A stretch of DNA of 64,000 bases from Carpediemonas membranifera BICM (taxonomy: Eukaryota > Protista > Fornicata): the NCBI GenBank assembly GCA_019828565.1, contig JAHDYR010000067.1, positions 841,864-905,863 on the forward strand, written 5' to 3'. Below, in pieces: positions 1 through 10,964 of this stretch (position 1 is its first letter; each line of letters opens with the position of its first letter). Under the pieces are notes generated by a model that saw only the letters and a program-made list of their open reading frames with translations, was not told the origin of the DNA and made no database searches. The position numbers were made by a program, and so were the translations under genes.

Positions 1-260
1 GGCCCATTGACCTGGGGTTGTCCCGGTAGCGTCTTTTCTGCTCTTCTGTCAACGGTTTGGTGGCGTGTGGGAGTGTGGGATTAATTCCCACACGATGACA
101 GAAGTTCTCGTCCAGTAGGCCCATCGTTTCACTGTAGGCCATGAAGCCCGGTCGGACGGGGGCCATGGGCACGATCGGCACGAGGCGAGGCTGGCGGAGC
201 GACATCGAGTACTCCCCGTTGAAGTGGCTGATGAGGCCACTCAACGTCTCCACTCCGTCT
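1..260 (-). CDS. Partial host coding sequence running off the left edge, product unknown
   Basis: Minus-strand frame VETLSGLISHFNGEYSMSLRQPRLVP...RYRDNPRSMG is open to base 1 with host-like GC3. The start is not resolved and may need an intron. Confidence 0.35.
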
Positions 261-611
261 GTCCGTCATAGATGAAGATGACATATATGAGCCGACGATG
301 AACACCATTACCAGCATATACAAGTGTAGAAGTGAATTTAATGAGGAAAGACAAATGACAAATGAGACGACGTGTGAGCGATTGTGATGTTTGCAGCTGT
401 GCTGACGTCCACGAAGAAGACGCTTTGTGGAAGCCCTGGAGAAGACGATCTCCCTACCGACTTAAGACGTGAGTAGGAGGGAGACAGGGCAGTGTTGCGC
501 AGTATAAACACATTGTTCGACCTTCAATAGCACATCAGATCTGCCCTTATCCTGCACCTACAAAATCACGAAGACCGACATCAGCGTCGGTTGGCCATAA
601 TACTACAAAAA

Positions 612-2234
612 ATGGACACGATATCCGCTTCACTCGGTAATGTTTTTGATCTGGCGCTCAACTCGAGCTTCAACCTGCTTTCCTTGTACGGCCGTTGGAT
701 CGATCATTGGTGCTACTCTCCCTCTCTTATTAACGACACCGTCTCTGATTTTGCCGCTACGATCGGTGTTAGTCCGTATGACGTCCGCATGTTCGCGTCT
801 CTTTTGATTGCGTTCATCTTTGCGTTCTTCCACCAGCTGCTCCCGTGGAAGACGCCCACGATCCACCACATCTACAACCTTGTCGCTGGTGTGTTCCTGA
901 CCATCCTCGCATTTGGCCCCAAGGTTTTGAACGTCTATATCATGATTACCACGGTCTACGTCCTCCTCCGTCTCAACCCCCGCCGTCTGGGTCTGTCACC
1001 GAGCTTCATGAGCTGGCTGATCTTCCTTCTCACCTTCGGATACCAGTCCTGGGAGCAGGCCCGGCGTATCTACCACCCCCACTCCATGGAAAACGTCCAC
1101 TTCACCAGTATGCCCATGATTCTCGCCCTCCGTCTTTCATCCCTCGCCTTTGACGTAGCCAGAGGCTCTGAGATGACAGCCGAGGAGCTAAGTGAGAAGC
1201 CCAAGCCCATCGGCCCCTTTGGTCGTCTCAAGACTCCCCTCGCCCGTTGCCCCGAACTCCTCCAGTATCTGGGGTACAGCATGTTCTACGGTTCAGTAAT
1301 TGTCGGCCCCTTCTTCACATTCACCGAGTACTCCGAGGTCACTAGCGGCAGGGCGACCGAGGGCATGGCCAAGCCAGACCGTCGTCGCCTCAGGATCGAG
1401 TCAATCGTCTGGGGAGTCATTTATCTCGGGTGGAGCTGCGTGCTGATGTCATTCTGGGTGCTCTTCTCCTTCTTCCCGCCCGACCCGATGCTCCCCTACC
1501 ATGCCCAACACGCGACATACCTTGCCACACCCCTGCTCTGGCGAATCGTCCGCTACCACATCATCCCGATTGAACTCATCAAAGCCAAGTACTACGCTGT
1601 CTGGGGCCTCGCCCACGGCGCCTCAACGATGAGCGGGCTGACGTACAGCGGGCGGCGGCACACCATGGCCAGGGTATGGTCCAAGTTCGAGTTCAGACAG
1701 GGGGCTAACTACACGTGGCTGATCACACAGTTCCCGCCCAACCTCGCCCTGATGACCACCCACTGGAACGCAGGCATCGGCTTCTTCCTCGCCTCGTACG
1801 TTTATAGCGGTGTCAGAAGAAACGAACTAATCAGTCGTCGCCTGGGCAAGAATGTCAAGCTGGTCGCCACCATCGCCACCTTCGTCACGAGTGCCATCTG
1901 GCACGGCTGGGAGCCCGGCTACTACCTGTTCTTCCTCGCCGCGGGCTTCTTCACCAGCCTCGCCCGTCGTATAAGCGGAATCCTGCGCCCTTTCTTCGTG
2001 TCCAGAGGCCGTCTGGCCTATGTCTACCATGTATTCACCACTCTCAGCACCATGGGCTTCATGTACCTCGAGATGCCGGTATTCTACTTCCTCAGCTGGG
2101 AGAGGTGCATGGGATACTTCCAGGCGGTCCATTACCTTCCCTTCGTCATCCTTGGAGGCGGGTTCGCACTGTCGGCCGTCATCCCACCCCTGCCTGCCAG
2201 AAAGAACTGGGCAGAGGGCAAGAAGATGGACTAG
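612..2234 (+). CDS. MBOAT-family membrane-bound O-acyltransferase (lysophospholipid acyltransferase-like)
   Basis: Multi-pass hydrophobic protein with YLGYSMFYGSVIVGPFF, HWNAGI and the catalytic-His motif TSAIWHGWEPGYYLFF. First ATG at 612. Confidence 0.9.
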   Translation: MDTISASLGNVFDLALNSSFNLLSLYGRWIDHWCYSPSLINDTVSDFAATIGVSPYDVRMFASLLIAFIFAFFHQLLPWKTPTIHHIYNLVAGVFLTILAFGPKVLNVYIMITTVYVLLRLNPRRLGLSPSFMSWLIFLLTFGYQSWEQARRIYHPHSMENVHFTSMPMILALRLSSLAFDVARGSEMTAEELSEKPKPIGPFGRLKTPLARCPELLQYLGYSMFYGSVIVGPFFTFTEYSEVTSGRATEGMAKPDRRRLRIESIVWGVIYLGWSCVLMSFWVLFSFFPPDPMLPYHAQHATYLATPLLWRIVRYHIIPIELIKAKYYAVWGLAHGASTMSGLTYSGRRHTMARVWSKFEFRQGANYTWLITQFPPNLALMTTHWNAGIGFFLASYVYSGVRRNELISRRLGKNVKLVATIATFVTSAIWHGWEPGYYLFFLAAGFFTSLARRISGILRPFFVSRGRLAYVYHVFTTLSTMGFMYLEMPVFYFLSWERCMGYFQAVHYLPFVILGGGFALSAVIPPLPARKNWAEGKKMD

Positions 2235-2477
2235 ACATCGATTATAAAGATTAAAACCGGAGGCACAGCAAGTTCACTCGTTTAATTCAACCAACTTTGA
2301 CTCTATCACCGGTGTGAATGCCCCCGGTCGAAGCGCATCGCCATTGGACGACTCGCAGTCCCGCTTTTGGTCCTGAATCGACACTATATCTCTCTATATC
2401 TCAATGCACTGACCGTAAAATGCAGGTTAAGGTTCAGACTCACGCGCGCAAATTGTCAAGTGGCCAATTCTCCAACT

Positions 2478-4383
2478 ATGGCCGATCTGACTGAACCAAG
2501 ATCGTATGATCGCTCCTTCTTCACTGAGTATGCGCTTGCTGACTTCATACAAAGTGAACTGGAACTGAAGTACAGCTCGGCAGAGATGCCCGTCAAGCTC
2601 ATTCGCCCAGGCGGCCCAAGGTTTGTCTCATTGTCAAATATCATACAGGAAGACCAAAGAAGGCGCCAAGAGACACCGTCTACGCTGTTCTCTCGTTGGA
2701 TGCCTCTTCAGCGGCTACTTTGACGAGCGCACGGACGGTACGTACATGCTTCGCGTCGTCCACCCTCACGACCACTCCAACATCACTGCCCCCGCCATCC
2801 CCAAGCGGCGCCGCATGTCCCGGGCTGCTCACATCGTCACTGTCGACCAGGTGAAAAAGAGCGGCGAGGACGTGGCCCAGACCCGGAACTCCAGTGACGT
2901 GGCGCGGGCTGACATCTACCACATCCCGACTGGCCGCACTTTTAAGCACCTTGTGAGTAAGTACGTCAAGGAGGAGATCCAACCGAAGACTGCACCCGAC
3001 CACACCTTCATCCCCCTCCTTCCACGACTCACCGCCTCCCCTGATGACTCCCTCACTGGCATGAAGATCCGTATCCCCATCCTCGCGTCGATCATGCACT
3101 CGGCGGACGATCCCACCCTTGGCTTCCTCTGTAAGAAGATGCTCGAGGCCAAGAATCGGCTGGACCAGTGCCAGTGGAACGTAGAGGGCCTGTTCATCGC
3201 ACAGTGTGACGGCAAGCTCTGGCTCCGGGGCAACAACACCACTGGGCAGACCGGCAGCGGCAGCACTGCCGTCTGGCAGGTTGGGTTCCAACGCATACAC
3301 ATCCCCCGGGTCGAAAGCATCGTCGTCTCGGCCGGCTCCGTCTTTGTAGACACATGCCGCGGCGTCTATGCCTGGGGCAACAACGCCCACGGCAAGCTCG
3401 GCGTCAACTCGACCGACCCGACGATCTTCACCCCGAGGAAGGTCGACCTGCCCTCGCGGTGCGACGTCACCGTGCTCTCATCCCAGCACAGCACCCTCTT
3501 CTCCGCCCCGGGCAACGGCATCTTCATTGCCGGCCTGGCCGCCCCCATCCAGCACCGGGACGACGTGCCTGTCTCCTTCATCCGCCCGACGTACATCCCC
3601 GGAACCGCCACAGCCTTCAAGATGTGGACGGACAGCGAGAGCACCGCCATTTTCCAGACCCCGCAAGCACTCATGGCGTACGGCCACATCGACGGCGGCC
3701 GGCTCGGCATCAGCCCCGACACAACCGAGACGCACACCATGGGCACCATCAGCGTGGTCTCGGCGCCCATCCCAGTCCCGGACGGCATGACCGTCGAGAC
3801 GGTGGTGATGACGCCCGACAACGTCTTCATCCTCACCGACCAGTGCCGGTGCCTCGTCAGCGGCACCAACAAGCACGGCCAGCTCGGCCTCCAGCACGCA
3901 CGCCCCATCAACACGCCTGAGCTCCTCCCCTTCAACGTCGAGAGCGTCGTGTCTTCCGAGGAGGCGTCGATCTTCATCTCGAGCGGCAAGACCATGGTCG
4001 TCGGCGATAACACCTACCACCAGCTCCCCATCGCCGTCCAGAGCACCCTTGTTCCCACAGAGGTCCAGCTCCCCTCGGGCGCCCCGTTCAGAGTGTTCCT
4101 CGCCAAGCGCGCCATGTTTTTGCACCGTAACGACGGCCGCTGGGTTGTCCGCGGTGATAACGCCCGGGGTAGGCTGGGGATCCACACCAACGACCTCGTC
4201 GCCACCGAGTGGTGCGAGATCTCGATGTTCAACGTCCATGAGATCTTGGCCGATGGGGATGACCACATTTTCGTGGCCAACGACGCACTTTACCGCATTG
4301 ACGGTAATATCATGACCCCAGTGACGGAATCTTCCTCTTTCGACATGATTCCGGCAATCTTGCAGGTCGACCCAGTGTTTTAA
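2478..4383 (+). CDS. RCC1/BLIP-II beta-propeller protein with an N-terminal C-x4-C...H-x-H zinc finger; spliced (exons 2478-2620 and 2649-4383)
   Basis: RCC1 repeats VYAWGNNAHGKLG, SGTNKHGQLG, GDNTYHQL, GDNARGRLG. Removing the 28-nt GT..AG segment 2621-2648 joins MADLTEP...GGPR in frame to KTKEGAK. Confidence 0.8.
2621..2648 (+). other. 28-nt spliceosomal intron
   Basis: gtttgtctcattgtcaaatatcatacag. AT-rich, GT-AG, and its removal restores the reading frame. Confidence 0.8.
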
Positions 4384-5012
4384 ACAAATTATAGTCTCGG
4401 TTTGGAACCCAGGAAGCTGACTCGTGTTGAGATCGTCAGACAACGGTAGACCCCCGCCGTGCCCTTCAGTCAACCCTCGTGTGTGAAACAAGCATCGATG
4501 ATCTCCGAGTACGCCAACTGGGATGTCGCGTTCATGGCGGTCGGGTGCTCCGTGGGGCATGACGAATTCTTGGTATTCCCGGGACTGAGCGCCGGGTTTC
4601 TGCTTGGCCATTGAGCGCGAGCACCTCGTGCTTGCACAAAATCTGTTTATGTGAATTATTGAGTGGATTATAGGTGGTCGGGCGAACTTTTTAAAGCAGC
4701 CGATTCCCGAGTGATAATGGAAGGAGTTTTTTGCGCAGTTTTGAGTCACAACTCTGATGTATCGACGCGTTCCAGTGCCCGTGAGAGGTGTTGGAGGCAT
4801 TGTTCAATTGCTGCTTCATTGGCGAAGCAAAGAAATGTTCCAAGTTTTGCGATTGTTTCACCATAATCTTGGTCTAACATGTCAGCAGAGTGTGTCGGTA
4901 GAGTGCGAGCGGAGCCTGGGAAGCCCATGATACGAGCAATGTCTCTGACGAATCGACCTTCCCTTGTGAACATTTCGACTCAAGATGGAGTCGAAACAAC
5001 ATTCCTCAGAAA

Positions 5013-8000
5013 ATGGGCACAGCAGCGCCGTCGCAAGCATCGACGTCTGCTAGTCGCCATATTGGGTGGCTTGCGCCTCTCCATCTTGGTTCTGTGGGAT
5101 ACAAGTCCACGTACGCTTTAGCGTCCATTCGTTTGAGCGCTCCTCCCTTTCCCATCATCTCCATCATAACTATGCTCGTCCAAGCACTTCAGTTGTCAGC
5201 GCTGTGCATGAGCTATAGCGATTCGCTGTTTTTCAAGGTACCTCGGTTGTTCCTTCCTTCAACGACAAGCCTTTTCGATGATACGAACGCAACATCTTCT
5301 CAGATCATCCTTGTTGGCGTGATGGTGTACATCGCTGTCCTCGTGGGGTGGGTCTTCCTCGAAACCGTGGTCGCACGCTCCATCCACATCTCGTTCCGCT
5401 ACAGGATTCTCTCGACACTCATCATGCTCACCACTGGCGTCCTCCTCCTGCCTCTCGTCGAGACCCTCGCCATGCCATTCATCATGACAGACAGCACTGG
5501 CAGCGATATGTCCGGCCTGGTCCAAGCGGTGACGCCCCTCTCGATCAGCCACCTCATATACATGGCTACGGCCCTCGCCGCCTTCATCGTGCTCACCGGC
5601 CTTGCTGTGTTGTCCAAGCTGATCATGTTCTCGGGCCCGTACAGCGACTCGTCGACGCTCTCCATCAACATCCCCTCACTCATCGTCCCAGCCCAGCCCG
5701 TGCTCCTCATGACCGTGGGGCTGCTGGGCGCCTCGAGGACATTCGGGCTCGACTCAGTCCACCCTATTCTCTCGGCCCTCTTCATCTGCTCCATCGCGAT
5801 CGTCTACTCGGTGATCGTCAGCGTCTTCCCCACCCACGCCAACGCCATCCCATGGGCCATCGGGGTCTACACCTTCGTGGCCGTCATCCCGGTCTCACTC
5901 ATGTCTGCCCTGCACCCGACCATGTTCTGGGTCGCCCCCGTCGTCTCGGTCCCCCTCACACTCGCCGTGGTCGTCGGAAGGCTCTTCGTTCTCTACACCC
6001 GCATCACGCCCTCCCTTATCAGGGTCAAGGACGTCTCCAACGGCATGAGCAACGTCAGGAACGACTCCGAGGATGAAGTGTCGCTGCCCCGCTTCATCAC
6101 ACTCTCCGACTTCTCTCTCTGGCTCTGGTTCACGGTCGCCGTCCACAAGCTGTTCGACGCGCAGATCAGACGCACCGCAGACCGCAGGGAGATGCTTTCC
6201 ACAGCTACCATCGACGACAAGACCTCCGCAAGACGCCGCGAGCTCATCGGTCGTCTGCAGACGCTTGTGTCATACGCCTGCGCCGAGGCCTTCACCAACG
6301 GCCGGTCCCGACTCACCATCGTCCAGTACGCCCTCACAGTCTCGGCTAACTACGAGGCGGCCATCTTCGAAGCGACGCGCCTCCCTACAATGGTCGAGCG
6401 AGACATCCTCAAGGGCCTCAGCCCCATCACGGTGGTCATGCTCATCGGGCTCCACACAGACGCTGACCGGATCAGACGCAAGCAAGACAGTGGCCTCAAC
6501 GCAGAGGCCCTGGCTGAGCTGAACGCCAAGCAGAAAAAGGCCAAGGAGGAGGCCATCAACGCACGCCGCGCCATCAACTCCTTCTGGCGTGCCCTTGCGA
6601 TCCCTAAGCCCGACGTCAACGAGCTGCTCGCCATCTCCCAGGAGATCCACAAGCACAGCACCACTGCGGACAAGCTCTACATCCAACTCATCAAGGCCTT
6701 CCCCGAGCGAGATAACATCATCCACGCCTACGCGGACTTCGTCGCCGTCGTCCAGCAGGACCCCGAGTACGGCGCCCAGATCCAAGCTGCGGCCGACGAG
6801 ATCGCCAACAACCGCATGATGAGCGACAGCAGCTCGGCCTCGTCGTCGCGGTCGGGCTCAGTCTCCAGCGGGACGTCGAGGGCGGTGGAGAACGACATCC
6901 TCACCATCCTCCGCACCAAGCGGATCCGCACGACGTCCAACTCCGTCTCCCGGCTCCGGTCCGCGGTCCTCGTCCTCCTATGCGTCATCACGGCCATCTT
7001 TGTGATCGTGGGGGGCGTGTTCCAGGTCAGGATGTTCGTCATGTCCGCCCTTATCGACGCACTCACCGCCTCGGGCAACATGGACTTCAACAGCGCCGAG
7101 GCGACCTATCTTGCCCTGCTGGCTGACTGCGAGGACAGCTACCCCGGCTCCTTCACCTTCGGCGACATGAACACAGTCGAGCTGATTCATGCCCGCCTGA
7201 CCTCCTCCCTGGATGACCTCATCTCCTCCACCGAGGACCTCGACGCGTCCGTGTCTGACATCATCACGGCCACGCTCTTCCCCAGCATCTTCAGCAGTGC
7301 CCGCGAGCCGAGCTTCATTGCCCGTCACTACAGGGCGACCAACCCAGCCACCACGGAGTCTGTGTACACGTCCATCATCGACATGGCGTCGTCGCTCGAG
7401 GTGTCGTTCAAGAGAGTGCTCAAGGACAACACGCTCAGCACGGACATCGACTTCGTCAGCACTAACGGCCTCGAGAGCCTGAGGAACGGCATCAACATCC
7501 TCCAGGCAGACATACTCGAGTCGACTGACCTTGCCCAGTACGTCGGGCTGGGTATCGACGCCGTTGCACTGGCCGTGGTCGTACTCGTCCTCCTCGGGCT
7601 GCAGTTCTTCCTGCTCCGCCGCGCGTTCAACACGGTTACCCTGCACCAGGCTGAGAACATCAACGTCTTCCTCCATATTGACAGGGACGTCGTAGACGAG
7701 ATGGTGACTGCCACAAACGTCGCAAAGAGAGACCGGAAACGCAAGACCAAGAAGACTGCCAAGCGCGCCATCCACTTCGACGTCGCCAACGAACCCGAGG
7801 ACGACGAGCACTCCCACATCACAGACGCCCGGGACCTCGCCCGCATGGACGTCGGACATAGTGTCAGTCAGGTGTCCATCGAGAACGACGACACCGACAA
7901 CGAAGACGCAGGATCAGAGTTCGAAAACACTCCCCTCCCGCCCCTGCCTGACGAGGTGCAGGAGCTCCCCGAGGACGAGGAAACCGACCAAGCCAGCCAC

Positions 8001-10871
8001 AGCGAGGCCAACGACCACAACACGACTGGCAGTGCCCACAGCCCGACCCAGTCGGACAATTCGGACGAGGACAGCGACGTGCCAACACTGTCGTTCGGCA
8101 ACATCGCGGGTAGGGGGTCCCCCACCCCATTCTCCATGCCCAAGCAGGGACTGGCCTTCATCTCAGCCGAGTCAGTCGAGATTGCCTCGTCTGTGGAGGA
8201 TGGGCACACGTCCAACTCCGACGTCGACCGGCTAACACCCTACGATGACGCCATGGCCGTCGAGGACCACCTCCTGCACGGCGATGACGGCGATGTTGAC
8301 GTGGAGCAGGCTGAGCATACGCTACGCAGGGCAAAGGTGTACCACTCGTCGCTCTACAGCATCACCCGCCTCATCTACTGGGGCACGGTCCTGTTCCTAG
8401 CCATGGCCGCGGCCATCGCATTCGGGGTGGTGGTCTCGTTCGCATACGACGCTGTCGAGATCCCGATCATCATTGACGCGTTCAACGACCTTGATGCGAC
8501 CCAGCGCCTCATCACTGACCTCAAATCAGCTGACTCGACCCAGACGATCTCAGCCGTCGAGTTCATCCAGAGAGGCACGGTTGACGCGTATGAGCGCTAC
8601 TGGGAGGTCCCCGATAGTCGGACGAAGCTCGACCTCCTCAATACCCTCGCCGAGTTCGATCTCAGCGTGGAGGACGCCACCCTTGTCGCTGAGGCATGGG
8701 ATCTGTCGGATCAGATCGCATATCGCGACCACGTGGAGATGAAGATGCGGTGGATGACGCTTGACCTGCCTGACGCCGTGGGGTGCCAGATCATGGACCT
8801 CGACTACAACTACAGCGCCGAGACGTGGCATGACGCCGAGCAGGCCGTCTATGGCGACTACCGCGCGAGCTCCGGCTTCTACTCCACGAACGAAGCTGAC
8901 TCTGCCATGAACGCCACCGCCCTCGAGACGAGCGCTCGGGCGGTGTCCATGGACGACCAGTACTGGAGGCGAAAGGATCAGGCGGTGGACAACCTGAACG
9001 AGGTGCGGAACACGCTGCTGACCCGCATCGACAACGAGGCGACGGAACTCAGCGACATCCTCGACACCGTCTTCACTGTTCGTATCATCGCCACGGCTGT
9101 GTTCGTCGCACTGAGCGTCATTGTGCTTTTCGACATCCTCGTGCTCATCATCCTGAAGCACAGACTCAAGCGGCTGGCCGACCGCATCGATCAGATCCGA
9201 CACAGACTCATCGACTCCAAGGCGAACCACCACGACGAGCGCAAGACGACCAAGCGCTCCGTCCTAATCATCCAGGGCGTCCTGCTCGTCGGCCTCACTC
9301 TAGTGTCGTTTACTTGCATCGCCATCGCCGTCTATTCGACCTTCTACCAACACAGTCAGAAGACGACTCTCAGAGACAAGCTGCTCGAGAAGTCTGACAT
9401 CAGCACACACGTCTACGATGTCCTTGACGACTGGACGGACTACAAGCAGCTCTCGCGCCGCTACACCCAGAGACCGCTGTCTAACATCCTCACGGGCATC
9501 GAGACGGCTTACACCGCTCTCGAGGCATCTGTTGCCCTTATGCAGGAGCATCTCGGAGAGTATGACATCCAGCCGGACACCCTGGCTGTGTTCAATGACA
9601 ACATTGACCAGAACAACCACACGCTCATGGTCGCCATCGAGCTCATGCTGTGGGCCCAGGACATCCCAGTGACGGTGGCCACGGAGTTCCAGGATTACGA
9701 GTACGACATCACCGCCGAGAGCACGTACGAGTTCGACCAGATGCACTACACAAGACAGTATCTGTACAACAACAGCGTCGTCGACCGAACCCTCACGGCC
9801 GACGAGCAGATCAAAATCGCACGGGAGATCCTCTTCGACGACAAGTTCCACGAGAACGTCGTTACCTTCGAGGAGACGCTCTTCGTATACGAAGAGGACG
9901 CTCATGGCACAGTCGAAATAGTCATTGACTCTGCCGCTTCGTCCATGACCCAGATGGAGATCATCGTCGTGGTGTGCTTCGCCGTCATCTTCGTCTGCAT
10001 GCTCATCCAGTTCCTCCTCCTCCTGACTCTCGTCCCCACCCCCGCCAGGAAGCTCTCGGTCATCCGCCAGCGGGTCAGCGCGAAGGCCACGCAGAGGTTC
10101 TACCGCATGGCCGCGGCGACCCTGGCGGCCCTGGGCATCATCTTCCTCATCCTGACCCTGTACAGCGAGCTGTGGTTCGTAGTCAGCACGCAGGTCGACA
10201 TCCTCGACACTTCTGCGTCCAGAGCTGTGCGCTTTATCGGCGTGGCAGCCGAGGGAATATTCACAGCTTTCGACAAGGCCGACGCGAAGCAGAGGTACAA
10301 CGCCGCCGTCAGCAACCTCGCCGTGATGGAGGACCGCCACGCCATCATCACGTCGGAGTCTAACCCCTTCGTCACTGGCCTCAACCTCTTCCTCGGCGAC
10401 GAGTACTCCCTCGGCACTGCCATTACATGCCCCAGCTGCTCAGTCCTCACCGACGAGTCATACTCGCAGGCGATCTCGATGTTTATCGACGCCATACCCG
10501 AGCTGAACCCCGACAACGGCTTCGGCACGTGTCTCGCGGTCGACGGCATCAACAGTCAAGCGCTGAAGGCCATCATCGAGATCGAGCAGCAGGTGACGCC
10601 GGTTTTCCTCGGCACATTCAAGGACTACGCCAGAACCATTTCCACGGCGATGCTGGCCTACCGCCTGATCAACGTGCCGCTGTACATCTTCGCCATCGGC
10701 TTCCTCCTGCTTTCATACCGGCTTGTGTTCCAGAAGATCTTTACCGCGCTCAGCCGTGACGAGAGCATCGTGCTGAGTCTGCTTGTCATGATCCCGAAGG
10801 AACACGTCGCGAACAACATGATGCTCGCCACCTTCCTCGCCGAGAACGCCATCTCTGATAACTCTAATTAA
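5013..10871 (+). CDS. Large multi-pass membrane protein, TmcB/TmcC (tiny macrocysts)-like
   Basis: 1952 aa. N-terminal TM bundle, then the FW..L...ADKLY..L...FP....I..YADF helical segment typical of TmcB-like proteins, further TM pairs and an acidic linker. Strong host codon bias. Confidence 0.65.
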   Translation: MGTAAPSQASTSASRHIGWLAPLHLGSVGYKSTYALASIRLSAPPFPIISIITMLVQALQLSALCMSYSDSLFFKVPRLFLPSTTSLFDDTNATSSQIILVGVMVYIAVLVGWVFLETVVARSIHISFRYRILSTLIMLTTGVLLLPLVETLAMPFIMTDSTGSDMSGLVQAVTPLSISHLIYMATALAAFIVLTGLAVLSKLIMFSGPYSDSSTLSINIPSLIVPAQPVLLMTVGLLGASRTFGLDSVHPILSALFICSIAIVYSVIVSVFPTHANAIPWAIGVYTFVAVIPVSLMSALHPTMFWVAPVVSVPLTLAVVVGRLFVLYTRITPSLIRVKDVSNGMSNVRNDSEDEVSLPRFITLSDFSLWLWFTVAVHKLFDAQIRRTADRREMLSTATIDDKTSARRRELIGRLQTLVSYACAEAFTNGRSRLTIVQYALTVSANYEAAIFEATRLPTMVERDILKGLSPITVVMLIGLHTDADRIRRKQDSGLNAEALAELNAKQKKAKEEAINARRAINSFWRALAIPKPDVNELLAISQEIHKHSTTADKLYIQLIKAFPERDNIIHAYADFVAVVQQDPEYGAQIQAAADEIANNRMMSDSSSASSSRSGSVSSGTSRAVENDILTILRTKRIRTTSNSVSRLRSAVLVLLCVITAIFVIVGGVFQVRMFVMSALIDALTASGNMDFNSAEATYLALLADCEDSYPGSFTFGDMNTVELIHARLTSSLDDLISSTEDLDASVSDIITATLFPSIFSSAREPSFIARHYRATNPATTESVYTSIIDMASSLEVSFKRVLKDNTLSTDIDFVSTNGLESLRNGINILQADILESTDLAQYVGLGIDAVALAVVVLVLLGLQFFLLRRAFNTVTLHQAENINVFLHIDRDVVDEMVTATNVAKRDRKRKTKKTAKRAIHFDVANEPEDDEHSHITDARDLARMDVGHSVSQVSIENDDTDNEDAGSEFENTPLPPLPDEVQELPEDEETDQASHSEANDHNTTGSAHSPTQSDNSDEDSDVPTLSFGNIAGRGSPTPFSMPKQGLAFISAESVEIASSVEDGHTSNSDVDRLTPYDDAMAVEDHLLHGDDGDVDVEQAEHTLRRAKVYHSSLYSITRLIYWGTVLFLAMAAAIAFGVVVSFAYDAVEIPIIIDAFNDLDATQRLITDLKSADSTQTISAVEFIQRGTVDAYERYWEVPDSRTKLDLLNTLAEFDLSVEDATLVAEAWDLSDQIAYRDHVEMKMRWMTLDLPDAVGCQIMDLDYNYSAETWHDAEQAVYGDYRASSGFYSTNEADSAMNATALETSARAVSMDDQYWRRKDQAVDNLNEVRNTLLTRIDNEATELSDILDTVFTVRIIATAVFVALSVIVLFDILVLIILKHRLKRLADRIDQIRHRLIDSKANHHDERKTTKRSVLIIQGVLLVGLTLVSFTCIAIAVYSTFYQHSQKTTLRDKLLEKSDISTHVYDVLDDWTDYKQLSRRYTQRPLSNILTGIETAYTALEASVALMQEHLGEYDIQPDTLAVFNDNIDQNNHTLMVAIELMLWAQDIPVTVATEFQDYEYDITAESTYEFDQMHYTRQYLYNNSVVDRTLTADEQIKIAREILFDDKFHENVVTFEETLFVYEEDAHGTVEIVIDSAASSMTQMEIIVVVCFAVIFVCMLIQFLLLLTLVPTPARKLSVIRQRVSAKATQRFYRMAAATLAALGIIFLILTLYSELWFVVSTQVDILDTSASRAVRFIGVAAEGIFTAFDKADAKQRYNAAVSNLAVMEDRHAIITSESNPFVTGLNLFLGDEYSLGTAITCPSCSVLTDESYSQAISMFIDAIPELNPDNGFGTCLAVDGINSQALKAIIEIEQQVTPVFLGTFKDYARTISTAMLAYRLINVPLYIFAIGFLLLSYRLVFQKIFTALSRDESIVLSLLVMIPKEHVANNMMLATFLAENAISDNSN

Positions 10872-10964
10872 ATTCTGCCTTTTATTGCTCTGGCAAGGCA
10901 CTTTTTTAATTTAAGGGCAATAATTAAACCAACAGGGCAAGGAGCCATCATTCGATCGCTTTTC

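Noticed and set aside
4430-4973. Small minus-strand ORFs between the RCC1 and TmcB-like genes
   Set aside because: No recognisable domain or consistent gene model could be built.
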